This document shows, one piece after another, positions 12,441 to 26,175 of a stretch of DNA of 64,000 bases. This DNA is from Octopus sinensis. Its lineage: Eukaryota. A program made the position numbers and the translations under genes. The notes under the pieces were generated by a model. The model saw nothing but the letters and a program-made list of their open reading frames with translations, searched no databases and was not told the DNA's origin. Position 1 is the stretch's first letter. Every line of letters starts with the position of its first letter. The stretch is from assembly GCF_006345805.1 (NCBI RefSeq), contig NC_042998.1:204352001-204416000 (forward strand), read 5' to 3'.

Positions 12441-12831
12441 TCTATGTATATAAAGCTGAAGTTGTCTGTGTATGGCAGGTTTGGTAGCCTTCAACAAACA
12501 CTATCTCCTCCAAGACCCTGTGGCGCAAGTTGACCAAAATTGAGAGTATGATAGAAGAAGGATTGCTCTTCATTCCATAAAAGAAAAAATTCAAATCAGA
12601 CCATGTTAACACCAAAAATTATTTGCATCAAAAAGGTGCTTTTTTTCTATGAAAATCCCTATTTTTTACAAATTTTTTACTGCTGTGTTGCCATTTTTTC
12701 AGTGTATTTCAACCAGAAAAATGTTTACTCAAAGAGAATAACAAGCTACATAATGCAAAATTTTTACTTTTCAAAAGTTCCAATTCTAAAGGGTCGAAAC
12801 AAACCCGAGCAACGCCGGGCGTTACTGCTGG
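12441..12831 (+). mobile_element. Non-autonomous Helitron, body type 2
   Basis: A|TCTATGTATATAAAGC start, acaaacccgagcaacgccgggcg hairpin, CTGG|T end (CTRR); internal body unlike type 1. Confidence 0.85.
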
Positions 12832-13964
12832 TGAAGATAATAAAAAAAAAATATAAATAAAAATTTAAATAATTCCTTAATATGAAGGAGGAGGAGGAGG
12901 AGACAGTCAAAGATGATTGTTTCTAGTTTTGTTCATCATCCCTACTTGACAACAAGTCCCACCACTTGTGGTAGTGGTGGTGGTGTGCATGTGTGTTATG
13001 TAATGTCACTTTAGATAAAATGCAGCAGAAAAAAAGCTTCTTCCCCCCTTTTAACAGGCTCGCAAATATTTCTAGAGCAAAAAAGCAGTCAGTGTACCCC
13101 CAGTCCTGGAAAGAAAAACAAAATGATAAATAAAAAAATAAAAACAGTAAACAATAAAGACAACATTATCACCTGCTTTCAGGGTGGGCCTTCAGGGTGT
13201 GTCAAACACAGCAGGTTCTTATGCTACACACTCTGTGTGTGTGTGTGTAGTTTATCTTGTCTTAGTCATTAGACTGCGACCATACTGGGGCATCTTCTTG
13301 AGTTGAATGAATCAAGCCAGAAACTTCTGTTGTTTTTAAGCCTGTTACTTATTCTATCAGTCTCTTTTGCCAAACCACTAAGTTAGGGGGATGTAAACAA
13401 ACAAACACCTATTGTCAAGCAGTGGTAGGGGGACAAACACACACATGCACACACATATATGTATATACAACACGCTTCTTTCAGTTTCCGTCGACCGAGT
13501 CTACTCAAGGCTTTTGGTTAGCCGAAGACCATAGCAGAAAACACTTGGCCAACGTGTCACACACTGGGATTGAAACTGGAATGATGAGGTCAGGAAGCAA
13601 GCTTCTTACCACACTGCCACATAAACAAGATAAATTGGAGTGGGGTTAGCAACCAATTACACACACACACACACACACACATACACACAAACACAGACAC
13701 ACACACACTACACTTTACATAGTTTTCTATGACTCCACTGAATTGAATGTAGAACTGTAGAGTAGCATTTGCTGCTACTGACTTGATGTCTGTTAATGGT
13801 ATTGGCGGAGGTCTTTACCAAAACCCCACCTACCCACACCCCCTCCCAGCAGTCAAGGCATTATCATGTTGTGATGATGATGATGATGATGACGCTGTGA
13901 CGTCAGTCTATTCATTGAAACAATTGCTGGCAAATGCTTTCCACTTTCTGCCCTGACTCATCTG

Positions 13965-14006
<42 letters not shown>

Positions 14007-14387
14007 AGAGGTTACCAGTTCCAAGACACAGGACACACACAACCTGCACAGAGGAATGGTCTCCTTCTGAGTCTCTTATCTTTATTGGTTGGGTAAAGGG
14101 GGTGGCGGTGGTAGGGAAGATAGTGAAAGGGTGGGGGGGGAGAAAGGAGGTGGGTTCAACCACATGTGCTTCCCTCCCCCCTCCCCCCAACTTTAATTCA
14201 GCCTCTAACTAATCAGAAGAATTACTTAGAAATTAAATCATTTTACACACACACACTTGGGGGTGGGGGCACACCTTATTTCCTCCTGTGTGTAAGCAGC
14301 TCTTGTTTGTACTTGGTTTTTAACTGAAAATCTTGGGTGCAACTTATACACAGCCAACAACAATATGTGTGTGTGTGTGTGTCATAT

Positions 14388-14622
14388 ACTCTTTTACTTG
14401 TTTCAGTCATTTGACTGTGGCCATGCTGGAGCACCGCCTTTAGTCGAGCAAATCAACCCCTGGACTTATTCTTTGTAAGCCCAGTACTTATTCTATCGGT
14501 CTCTTTTGCCAAACCGCTAAGTAACGGGGATGTAAACATACCAGCATCAGTTGTCAAGCAATGTTGGGGGGACAAACACAGACGCACAAACATATACATA
14601 TATATACATATATATATATATA

Positions 14623-14661
<39 letters not shown>

Positions 14662-14820
14662 GACAGGCTTCTTTCAGTTTCCGTCTACCAAATCCACTCA
14701 CAAGACTTTGGTCAGCCCGAGACTATAGTAGAAGACACTTGCCCAAGGTGCCACGCAGTGGGACTGAAACCGGAACCTTGTGGTTGGTAAGCAGACTACT
14801 TACCACACAGCCACTCCTGT
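14388..14820 (-). mobile_element. Family A SINE, full length
   Basis: Colinear with 3035-3445. Confidence 0.9.
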
Positions 14821-15600
14821 GTATAATGTGTACGTGTGTGGATACATATAGAAATAGATGTTAAAGTTTACCAATCGAAATAAAGTATTCATCAAACCAT
14901 CCAACCCCTGCCACCATGGGCAACGGACCCTGAATGATGATGATGATGATGATGATGAGGCTTATTTATTGGAAGCTGAGGTTTCCCTCCATCATTAGCC
15001 TTATTATTGTTTTAAATAGGGACACACAGACAGAATGACCAAGACACACAAAACAGATGTGAGGTGGGGGCAGTTAAGAAGCTCACTTCTCAAGCATATT
15101 ACTTTGGGTTCAATCCCACCTTAGGTGAGTGTCTTCTATTCTAACCCCAGGTTAACCAATGTCTGTGAGGAATTTGGTTAACAGAAAGAAGCCTGTTATA
15201 TAGTTGTCTGTGTGTCCCATGACAGCTTTGTATGAAAGCATTTGATAATTGATTGTCAAGTGGTCGGCTGGCAGAATCGGTCCCACACCAGAGGACGGCG
15301 GAATGTTTGGCAGCATTTTGTCCATCTTTGTGTGTCTTCTACTATAGCCCCAGGCCAACCCAAGCTTTGTGAATGGATTTTGGTTAATAGAGACTAAAAC
15401 GAAGCCCATCATGTGTGTGTGTGTGTGTGTATCACCATCATCACTTAACGTCTGCCTTCCATGCTGGCATGGGTGGGATGGTACCACAAGAGCCAGCCAG
15501 GCAGAAGCCTGCACCAGACTTCTGTGACTGTTTTGGCAGGGTTATTACAGCTGGATGCCCTTCCAAACACCAACCACTCAGCAATATATATATATATATA

Positions 15601-15810
15601 AAGTTAATCCAAATAAGAAAACACAAAAAAACACAACAACGCGAGGACGTGGAACAAATAAAGTATTATTGGACGCTCAGGAAAGAAGGAAAGGAGGAGG
15701 GTTTAACGTTTCGAGCGGAGCTCTTCCTCAGAAACATAGGAGAAGGAAAGATCCAGAGAAGGGAAGACAGAGGGAAAAAAAATCGCCAACGGTACACACG
15801 AGGTCACATT
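15601..15810 (-). mobile_element. Penelope-like (pLTR-type) insert in (TA)n carrying a minimal hammerhead
   Basis: Reverse complement of the ~200-bp element at 26597-26800; both are bounded by TA repeats and contain a hammerhead fold. Confidence 0.65.
15701..15735 (-). ncRNA. Minimal type I hammerhead ribozyme motif
   Basis: Minus strand: GUUU-CUGAGGA-A-GAGC(ucc)GCUC-GAAA-CG-UU-AAAC; stem I GUUU/AAAC, palindromic AACGUU in place of stem III. Confidence 0.7.
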
Positions 15811-15811
15811 T

Positions 15812-16288
<477 letters not shown>

Positions 16289-16511
16289 TATATATATATA
16301 TATATATATATTTACATGCCAGTGCCATGTAAATGGCACCTAGTCCACACTCTGTAAAGTGGTTGGCATGTTAGGAAGGGCATCCAGCTGTAGAAACCAT
16401 GCCACAACAGACAATTGGAATCTGGACAGCTCCCCAACTGGCCAGCTCCTGTCAAACCGTCCAATCCATGCCAGCATAGAGAACAGATGCTGAACAATGA
16501 TGATGATGATG

Positions 16512-16547
<36 letters not shown>

Positions 16548-18281
16548 TACCACCACTTGACAACTGTTGTTTCCATCCCCGTAACTTATTCTATCAGTCT
16601 GTTTTGCTGAACGACTAAGTCCCAAGCTTTAAAAAAAAAAACAAAAAAAAAGGAGCCGTAGTCATTTCGAGTCACAAAAAATTCTTCAAGCTGGTGCCCC
16701 AGCATGGCCGCAGCCTGTGGACTAAAACTAGTGAAAGATAAAACGGATTGTTATCAGAAACAATGACTGAACTAAAAGCACGTGGACGTGGGTTCTGAGT
16801 TCAAATTCTACCCTAGTTAACTTTGCCCTTCATTTGCTATGGTTCCTTGCTGAGGTCATCGAATCAGTGGCATTTGTGGCTTCGGAAGAATGTGTAACAA
16901 AGCTGTCACCAGCATCATCATCACCATCGTCATCACCATCATCATCACCATCGTCATCACCATCATCATCACCATCGTCATCACACATCGTCATCACACA
17001 TCGTCATCATCATCATCATCATCATTAGAATTATTTCAATGTTTTCTGGGTAGTTTTTACTGCACAGTTAGGTTTATGTTGATGCTCCTCGAGGAGGTGT
17101 GTGTATGTACACCTTTAGCGGTGGGGGTGGAATTCGTGTTTTTGCTTGTGAACAGGGTGGGGGGAGTCTTTTTGTTGCTACATTGTCCCTTTGTGGACAA
17201 ATAAGCCATCGCCATCATCATCATCATCATCGTTTCTGCCCCAATCCCTGAAGAGGCTATCTTATTAACTGACAAGACACTGTCAGCATTCACACTGATA
17301 ATGTATGTACATATATAATGACTGTGTGTGTGTGATCCTATACAACTCATCTGGCTGACTCACAGGGCAGGGCGGTGATGGTGGCGGTGGTGGTGGTGGC
17401 GGCGGTGGCAAAGGAGGGTCATATCACAATAGTTAAATGTCAGCTGTAAAGGTCTATTGGTTAAAGACTTGTCCTGTCTTAGTTGGGTGACAGCAGACTT
17501 TTATTATGAATAAACAGTACTGAGACAGTGAGAGAGGGTTAGGGTTAGCTGGTGGTGACGAGGGGTGGTGGAGAGTGGTGGGGGCTGGTGACATGGTTTA
17601 ATTGCTACAGTTTTGATTAAACAATTCCTCAGTTAATCAGCCAAGATGGTGCAGTGTTATTTTAATTTCATTAATTGGTTTCAGTCATTTGAATATGGCC
17701 ATGCTGGAGCACTAACTTCAAACATTTTTAGTCCTGAGTCTGCTATTGACAGTTTTATAGAATCACTGACTTATGGCCATCTTATACAATTCCCTTCCTT
17801 AGTAATCAGGCCAGAAATCTACAGACACACAGACACGAGGATTCTACACAGTTTCCCATCAATGACATTCTCCTATTCCAATTCTAACGATTTACTCAAC
17901 ATTGCTACTGAGATTGAAACCAGATCCATCAACTTACAAAGTGGAATCCCAAACCACATTCACATATACAGAATACAAGATGGCACTTTTCTGCAGGTCA
18001 AGAATGCTTCTTATTATTTCGGTTCGGTCTCATTCCTGGCAGGAATCATGTGAGTAGCAGGTTACTACCTCTAACCTTAGGTAGCCACAAGTTTCCAGCT
18101 TTCTTTCAAGTGCTTGGAACCCTCCTCATAGTCTTTGCTCTCCCTAAGAGAGACAAACTTTCTCTAGGAGCTCTACCAGGCTTTCCATTTCAGCCATTTC
18201 TCTGGATCTTTCACAAATTCTTCTCCTCCAAAATTTCAGACCTTGTGCCTATAGTAGAAAGGATGATTATTATCATTATTT

Positions 18282-18568
18282 TTTTCTTTCTTTCTTCTTT
18301 CTTCAAATTTTCTTCCGTTTCTCACCGAGTGTTATTTCCGTACACCGAGGGCAGAGAAGCTCATTGTATGCATTCCCAGATTACACACGCAAATTCACAG
18401 ATAAAATATGTATTAAAAATTAATAAATAAATAAATTTATGAATGGATGTTGTTTTCACAGCGATAATGCTCTTCTCAGTACATGAGCCGTTTCAGTTAA
18501 CACGATTTTTTGCACTTCCTGTAGGGATGGTAAGCCTGGTATCATTTTCAAATAGGTTTCAGTACCTT
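18282..18568 (-). mobile_element. R4/Dong-clade LINE 3' end, fragment 1
   Basis: Minus strand encodes GTETYLKMIPGLPSLQEVQKIVLTETAHVLRRALSL* (stop at 18456-18458), then a 3' UTR ending in (TAA)n. Confidence 0.8.
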
Positions 18569-18591
18569 ATCATTATTATTATTATTATTAT

Positions 18592-19059
18592 ATGTTTGAC
18601 TTTTGCTTTGCATTTGTACAAGTTGGCTCCAAGTCTCACCCAGAGACCTCAAGAGACAACAAGTTGGAAGTTCGTGTTGGTGTTATGCCTAGGGTGCCAT
18701 ATATTTGGTTTTGTACAGTGTTGTTCTAGAGAATGTTTAATAAACCATAAGAAAATTGTTTGTTTTAAAACATGAGATTACATAGAAAGTATTTTGTGTA
18801 GGATATGAGCAGTTCCCATGAGCACTATCTTTTGAATTTCTGCCATTTTGGGGTTTCCTGGTATCTGAGCTAGGTAGCAATTAGCCCCTTTTGCTATCAT
18901 TGCTATCATTCCTAGGGCACCTATGACAACAGATATTGTTTTAGTCTTCAGGTTCCACATATATTTGCTCAGTTTTTGGTAGGTCTTGACAGATACGTTT
19001 ATATCAATTGGGACAGTCATATCAATGAGGAGGCATGATTTTTGTCTGAATCATCATCA

Positions 19060-19095
<36 letters not shown>

Positions 19096-19553
19096 GTTTG
19101 ACTTTTGCTTTGCATTTGTACAAGTTGGCTCCAAGTCTCACCCAGAGACCTCAAGAGACAACAAGTTGGAAGTTCGTGTTGGTGTTATGCCTAGGGTGCC
19201 ATATATTTGGTTTTGTACACAGTGTTGTTCTAGAGAATGTTTAATAAACCATAAGAAAATTGTTTGTTTTAAAACATGAGATTACATAGAAAGTATTTTG
19301 TGTAGGATATGAGCAGTTCCCATGAGCACTATCTTTTGAATTTCTGCCATTTTGGGGTTTCCTGGTATCTGAGCTAGGTAGCAATTAGCCCCTTTTGCTA
19401 TCATTGCTATCATTCCTAGGGCACCTATGACAACAGATATTGTTTTAGTCTTCAGGTTCCACATATATTTGCTCAGTTTTTGGTAGGTCTTGACAGATAC
19501 GTTTATATCAATTGGGACAGTCATATCAATGAGGAGGCATGATTTTTGTCTGA
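18592..19553 (-). mobile_element. R4/Dong-clade LINE 3' end, fragments 2 and 3 (504-bp tandem duplicate)
   Basis: Identical ORFs 18778-19020 and 19282-19524: IDMTVP...KLSKY..MWNLKTKTISVVIGALG...EIQKIVLMGTAHILHKILSM*, the restriction-like endonuclease C-terminus. Confidence 0.85.
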
Positions 19554-19586
19554 ATCATCATCATCATTATTATTATTATTATTATT

Positions 19587-20632
19587 TTCATTAACATCTT
19601 TCAATTCTGTTTCTCTTTCTTGCCAAGTGACTTCTTGACACCTAGGGCAGAGAAACACCCTTAAAATAAACACACCAAATTGTCCATTTACAAAGTCATG
19701 TGTTAAAGAAAAAGAGGAAGAAAGACAGAGAAAAAAAATTAAAAAGTAAAAAAGAAAATAAAGGGGAAAAGGGAGAGAAAATTCACGGCAACATTGTTCC
19801 TCTCAATACGTATGACCAGTTAAGACAATCTTTTGCACTTCCTGCATGGATGGTAAGCCAGGGATCATTCTTAGATAATTTTCAGTTCCCTTTTGGGTCA
19901 TTCCAAGTGCTCCTACAATCACTGGTATTGTAACCATTTTGAGATGCCACATCTTTTCGATTTCGATTAGCAAATCTTTATATTTTCTGAGCTTATCAAA
20001 GTCTTTTGCTGAGATATTTTGGTCACAAAGTATGTTCATGTTAATCATAAACAGACTTTATTATTTTGGTCTTTCACAGCAATATCTGGTTTGTTTGCCT
20101 TGACAGTCCACTCTGTACATACTGGGAAGTCCCAAAGAATAGTTTCATGTTCTCCCTTAGGGTGGTGCTTGTACCATTTTTGATTTTATAATGCTGACAC
20201 ATTATCCAATGTAGATATTGGCCAACTCTGTCATGTCTTGATTTGTACTCTGCAGGTGCTAAATCCTTACATCCAGAGATTAGGTGGTCGACTGTTTCTA
20301 TCCCATCTTTGCAGTATCAGCACTTTGGGTCTACACCATTTTTCATCACATTGGCTTGATAGTCCCGGGTCAATAAGCTCTGATCTTGTGCAGCCAAAAT
20401 AAAGCCTCACTCTCTGCCTTTAGCCCTGATCTCCGTAGCCCCTGATGTGCTTCTGGTCTGCATCAGCTTGTTTGCTAAGGGCCATGTATTTGCCATGCAG
20501 AGGTTTTCGTTCCCACCTGTCAGACAATTGTTCAAATGCATTTTGCTTTGCTGTTGATTTCACCTTCTTTGCAACTACAGTTGCTGCACTTCCCTCATAC
20601 AGTTCAACCTGGGTATTATGCTTAAACTCACT
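19587..20632 (-). pseudogene. R4/Dong-clade LINE fragment 4 (CCHC knuckle plus RLE endonuclease, disrupted)
   Basis: Minus-strand translation: WERKPLHGKY...AQDQSLLTRDY...PKC*YCKDGIETVDHLISGC...RHDRVGQYLHW...ILWDF...NKPDI...KLRKYKDLLIEIEKMWHLK..IPVIVGALG; contains stops and frameshifts. Confidence 0.9.
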
Positions 20633-20652
20633 TATTATCATCATCATCATCA

Positions 20653-21172
20653 TTTATTCCCTTTGCACAGCTTCTAACGCTGGAGATGTACTACAGCGTC
20701 AGCTATTCACTACCAGTGAACTAAAGTAACACCTCTTATTTTTCGACCACCTTCCAGAGCATTCGAGCGGTTCCAAGCAGTGCTGTTTTCTGCAAGTGAT
20801 CCACCCTTATTGCAGCCATTATTTGTTCCACGTACTTCTCGAGATTTTTGCTCACTGTTCCCAGGGCTCAAACAATTATTGGTACTACTGCTACCTTTTT
20901 CATTGACCACGACTGCTTAACCTCCCAAGCTAACCTGTCATATCTCTCGACTTTTCTCTCTTCCTGATCGCATACCTTGTTGTCAGCTGGGCATGTTATA
21001 TCTATGATCCAGCATAGTTTGCTTTCTTTCTCAATTAAGACTATGTCTGGCTTCCTATTCTCAATCTCATGGTCACACCGAATCATAAAATCTCACAGGA
21101 TCTTTGCATTATCATTTTTGATGATGCCTTCAGGTTTGTGGTCGTACCAATTTTTTGCTGTCAAGTCTATAC
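20653..21172 (-). pseudogene. R4/Dong-clade LINE fragment 5 (different subfamily)
   Basis: WYDHKPEGIIKNDNAKIL*DFMIRCDHEIENRKPDIVLIEK...IIDITCP...ERKVERYDRLAWEVKQ...LQKTALLGTARMLWKVVEK*; PD..D..E..K RLE motifs. Confidence 0.9.
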
Positions 21173-21302
21173 TTGTTATTATTTTTATTATTATTATTAT
21201 TAAAATTATTTAAGGCAGCAAGCTGGCAGAATTGTTAGCTTGGCAGCATTTCATTTGTCTTTATGTTCTGGGTTCAAATTCTGCAGGAACAGTGGTGGGA
21301 GA

Positions 21303-21339
<37 letters not shown>

Positions 21340-21709
21340 ATATACAATGGGCTTCTTTCAGTTTCTATTCGCCAAATCCACCCAAAAGGCTTTGGTTGGC
21401 CTCAGACTGTAATGAAGACACTCACCCAAGTTGCCACACTGTGGAACTGAACCTGGAACCACTTGCACCTGGAGTGGTACTTGGCTGCTCAGTGTTTTAG
21501 TAATCCTGTGTCTGTCCTCCTCTTGTTTAAGGCCCCGGTTCTTGCACTTCAATATCATGGAATCAATAACTTTGTAACTAAGTGCTTTATTTTTTTTTTA
21601 TTGTTTGGTGTGGCCTCTTGTAAAAACCTGACCTTTCAGTGTCTGTAAAGATCTGGTCTCGTCTAAACACTTCTGATCAGTTGAGATAAAAATCTGTGAG
21701 AGAGGGCAA

Positions 21710-21781
21710 ATGGATACCATATACGAAATGGAAGAATGCTCTGACGACCAAGATTTACAAACTACAGACTTTATTCGTCAA
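21710..21781 (+). CDS. Candidate first coding exon: MDTIYEMEECSDDQDLQTTDFIRQ, phase-0 donor
   Basis: Good start context gcaaATGG, 24 open codons in non-repetitive DNA, then strong donor CAA|GTAAGG at a codon boundary. Gene identity unknown. Confidence 0.5.
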
Positions 21782-22730
21782 GTAAGGTTTCTTTTCTAAT
21801 TGTAAACGGTTTGTTTCCTCTTTTTGGCAAGTGTGTGTGTGTGTGTGTGTGCATTTGTGTGCGTGTGTGTGCGTGTAGTCTTGGTGTTACATGTCTGGTT
21901 TTTATAAAGCCTTTATGATGTCGGTTTCAAAGTTTGTCACCAGACCAACAAGTTCGAGGAAGGGGCTAAGTTGGTTACATCGACCCCAGTGCGTAACTGG
22001 TACTTATTCTATCATCCCCAAAAGGATAAAAAGCAAGGTCAACCTCAGTGGAATTTCAACTCAGAACATAAAGACACACAATATGTTAATAAGCATTTTG
22101 CATGACATACAATCGATGGGACCAGCTTGCTGCCTCATAAAAACATCTATAATAATATCAAATACAGCATTTATATATATATATATATATATAACCTTCC
22201 ACTGCCAAAAAGGCATTTTTTCCAAAATACGCCAACTAAACTTGTTGTACTGTTATTAGTCGTAAGACACCTGCTGTTTTCGTCCTGTTTTTACCATTAT
22301 TGTTTTTTGTATTTCATTTTTGTTTTTTGTATTTCATTATCGTTTTTTGTATTTTATATTCGTGTGGCATCGTCTGTTTTTCTGTCCCTGTTTCGTATAC
22401 ATTCGATCCTTTTTCCAAGAAACCTAATGCTCGTAGCTTAGTTTTTCCTTGGGGCTGGCCGGATCGGAGCGATCTCAAGATTAATCAGCTGAAATTGCTA
22501 CGATGATCCGGTTCTTGACTGAAGATTGAGGGCTTCGAATGTCCCGTCCATGTTTTTTGTGTCGTCTTCTAAGTGTTTTGCGTTCTTGTCCCAGTTTGTA
22601 TTTTTCTACAAATAATAATTATATGTATATATAATCAAAATCATCATTGTTTAACGTTCGCTTTCCATGCTGGCATGGGCTGGACGGGTTTCACTGAGGG
22701 TTGGCGAGCCAGAATGCTGCACCGGTCTCC

Positions 22731-22762
<32 letters not shown>

Positions 22763-23504
22763 ATACATTAGAAACTCACAGTGCGAGTGCCCCATTGTAT
22801 GAGTAATTTGCTGTACGACCAGAGACTCGTGTGAATTCTTGTCTTGAAATACAAGTGGAAATCCACAGTACAGGCACACAAATCGTCCCATCTTTAAGGT
22901 AATTCAGTTAATAAAACCAGTTTGCATTTATCCTTGGCATTCTCTCTTTTTTATAATAACCATTTTACCCCTTTTTCTGTTTTTAGGGGCTGGAACGGAT
23001 TAATTATATTTTAGTTAATTTCAAAGGGGGAAAATTGATTCGTAAAACGAGTAAATCATAAGACGAGCTCAGTCTTGGAACAAATGAAAATGAAACTGCT
23101 GAGGTATCACTGTAAATGTATCATCATGATGATGATATATATATGACGGGCTTCTTTTCAGTTTCCATCTACCAAATCCACTCACAAGGCTTTGGTCGGC
23201 CCGAGGGTATAGTAGAAGACACTTGCCCAGGGTGCCACGCAGTGGGAATGAACCCAGAACCATGTGGTTGGTAAGCAAGCTACTTACCACACAGCCCTTC
23301 CTGTACCTATATATGCGCATGCACCTCTCCTACACACGGATCACAATGGACTCTACTCTTGATGAGAAATCCTTGCAATGCACCACGACATCAAAAAACC
23401 TTTGAACTTTACGTAAAACTATTATTATCCATACTTTATTTTTATACTTTCTTAACTTTTCTCTATACACACATTTTTTTCTCTCCTTGTTTCTTTCTGT
23501 GTTC

Positions 23505-23540
23505 CTTTCTGTAGAGGAGCATAGGCTCGAAACGTAAAAG
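23505..23540 (+). ncRNA. Minimal hammerhead-like motif with A6U core change, in a Penelope-like insert (~23470-23632)
   Basis: CUUU-CUGUAGA-G-GAGC(auag)GCUC-GAAA-CG-UA-AAAG; downstream ttcctgagcgt is shared with the 26597-26800 element. Confidence 0.55.
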
Positions 23541-24184
23541 ACTTTTTCTATTCCTGAGCGTTATACTAATACATCTGTTTGTTTTCTACACCACCTGTCT
23601 TCGTCTTTTGTTTTTTTCGTAAACTCTCCCTATATGTGTGTGTGTCTGTGTTTGTCCTCCACTGCTACTTGTCACTTGCCACCTGTTGTTGGTTTGTTTA
23701 CTTTCCCATAGCTGAGTGATTAGGCAAAAGACACTGACAGAATATGCACTAGACTTAAAGAAAGATAATAAATGCTGCACTCAATTCCTTTCACTAAAAA
23801 TTCTTCACCTCAGTGCCCCAGCATGGCCACATTCTGATGACTGAAACAATAGATATATTTACGCTCACCTGCACATACCTATTCATACACTCACTGCTTG
23901 AGGTCAGTAAAGTACCAGTCACGTATTGGGGGTTGGTGGTATTGACTAACCCCTTCTTGCTAAATGAGAGATTTGCAGAATCATTAGAAATGAGAGGTGG
24001 GGGAGGGGGGGGGCTAATGCTTTGCAGTGTTTTTTTTTTCTGCTGCTTTGCATTCTGAGTTCAAATCCTGTTGAGTTCAACTTTGCTCCAGGATCAACAA
24101 AGTACCAGTGATGTAATGGGGTTGATGATATCAACTTGCCTCTTTTCCTCGAAATTGCTGGCCTTGTATTAAAATTGGGAAGAA

Positions 24185-24405
24185 TTATTACTACTACTAC
24201 TACTACTACTATTACTACTACTACTACTACTACTAACTACTACTACTACTATTATTACTACTACTACTATTACCACTACTACTACTATTATTATTATTAC
24301 TACTACTACTACTACTACTATTATTATTATTACTATTATCATTATTATTATTACTACTACTACTATTATTATTACTACTACTACTACTACTATTATTATT
24401 ATTAT
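24185..24405. repeat. Compound (TAC)n/(TAT)n microsatellite
   Basis: Seen directly. Confidence 0.95.
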
Positions 24406-25244
24406 CCGTCAGGTGGCAGACTGAGAGAATTGTCAGCATCCTGGGCAAAATGTTTAGTGCTATTCCTCTTGGGAGTCAATAAAATAAGAACCAGTTGAGC
24501 CCTTGTGGGGTGGGGTGGGGTGGATTGACTCAGTTCCCCCTTCCTCCACTCCCCACGAAAATTGCCGGCTTTGTGTCAACATTTGAAACCAATCTTTCAT
24601 TAGTATTTTAGGTCTCACCTGCTGATGTTTGAAATGTGTTCACTAAAGCTATTTATTATATTTTACCTGTTTCATGGCCATGCTGGGGCACTGTCTCAGC
24701 AGGTCTAAATATCCTTTTAACATCGATTGTTCTGTTGTGAACAGGTGAGGATAGAATGCAGCATCTCTCTCCGCGGCCCCTTTTCTTTTTAAAACTAATT
24801 TAACCATTTATTTCTATGGTTTCCTTCTCCACATTCTTTCTGCTTTTTGTTCATTCAATCAATTCCACCAATTCACCTCATTACAAGCGTTTGATTACCA
24901 TTCTGCCATATCTCCTGCCAGTGGTGTGGCTAATAGGACAGCAAACGGAGTGAACGCTCCCACCAAACTCATTTTCCAAAATTGGTATCTTTTCAACAAT
25001 TTTCTTTAACTCTTTAGTTCACTTGTGTGGAAAAAGTCGAATCTTTTTTTCCTTTTTTTTCGTTTTAATCGTATGACCTCGGAAGAACTTTCTGGAATCA
25101 TTATTTTATTTGACCAGTTTCCTATGCTTTTGAACTACCTGCTCAATCACCTGTGAAGTGGTGGTGGCCGCTGTCATCCGACAAACCAAAATGAACCCTG
25201 ACATAACCCCTTGACACTGGATGATCTGGTGAAGTTTCATATAT

Positions 25245-25640
25245 TTATTTCTTTACTACCCACAAGGGGCTAAACACAGAGGGGACAAACAAGGACAGAC
25301 AAAGGGATTAAGTTGATTATATTGACCCCAGTGCGTAACTGGTACTTTATTTATCGACCCCGAAAGGATGAAAGGCAAAGTCAACATTGGCGGAATTTGA
25401 ACTTAGAACGTAAAGAGAGACGAAATACCTATTTCTTTATTGCCCACAAGGGGCTAAACATAGGGGGGACAAACAAGGACAGACAAACGGATTAAGTCGA
25501 TTATATCGACCCCCAGTGCGTAACTGGTACTTATTTAATCGACCCCGAAAGGATGAAAGGCAAAGTCGACCTCGGCGGAATTTGAACTCAGAACGTAGCG
25601 GCAGACGAAATACTGCTAAGCATTTCTGCCAGTTCACCTC
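25245..25640 (-). mobile_element. Two nested or tandem family B SINEs
   Basis: The core tcgaccccgaaaggatgaaaggcaaagtc occurs at ~25354 and ~25539, each with its own tail. Confidence 0.85.
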
Positions 25641-26175
25641 CATCAGTAGTTGTGAGTTTCATACATAATGACATTGTGACTGAAACATGAAATTAAGGAA
25701 TGCATTTAATTAATGAATACAATTAAGTAGATTATAACAAATGAAATATTTGGTGTAATTTGAGAGAAATGAGTTAGAAAGTGTTTGGTGTGTGTCACAG
25801 CCCCTTTTTGCTTTTTATGGGCTCAAGTCCCGTCCCCTGCCCCCTCCAGTCTCCCGCCAACCATTTTATATCTTTGATGCTCGTCATCTGCTTTCTCCCT
25901 TATTCTCTCCTGACTGACATCTTCAGCCTAACTCAGACCCTCTCTGACAGATTTGTGGTCAAGCCTGTGACAGCGGTGGCCTCCAGCATTCCACCCCCCA
26001 CCCCGAACCCCATTCCTGTTCAGTGAAGATGGCTATCTGCAACTGCGAGCCCCACCAGCCAGAGCCTCTGTTTCCCCTCGTCCCCCTTGCCATCCTCCAG
26101 GGCAATAACTTTTCCAAACCTTTTCACATCTCACTCTCGTCACTTATTGCTCTCTTGATCAACGCTTATTTCCCA

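Noticed and set aside
22515-22555. CTGAAGA...CGAAT hammerhead candidate
   Set aside because: GAAA is not intact and stems I and III cannot be formed convincingly.
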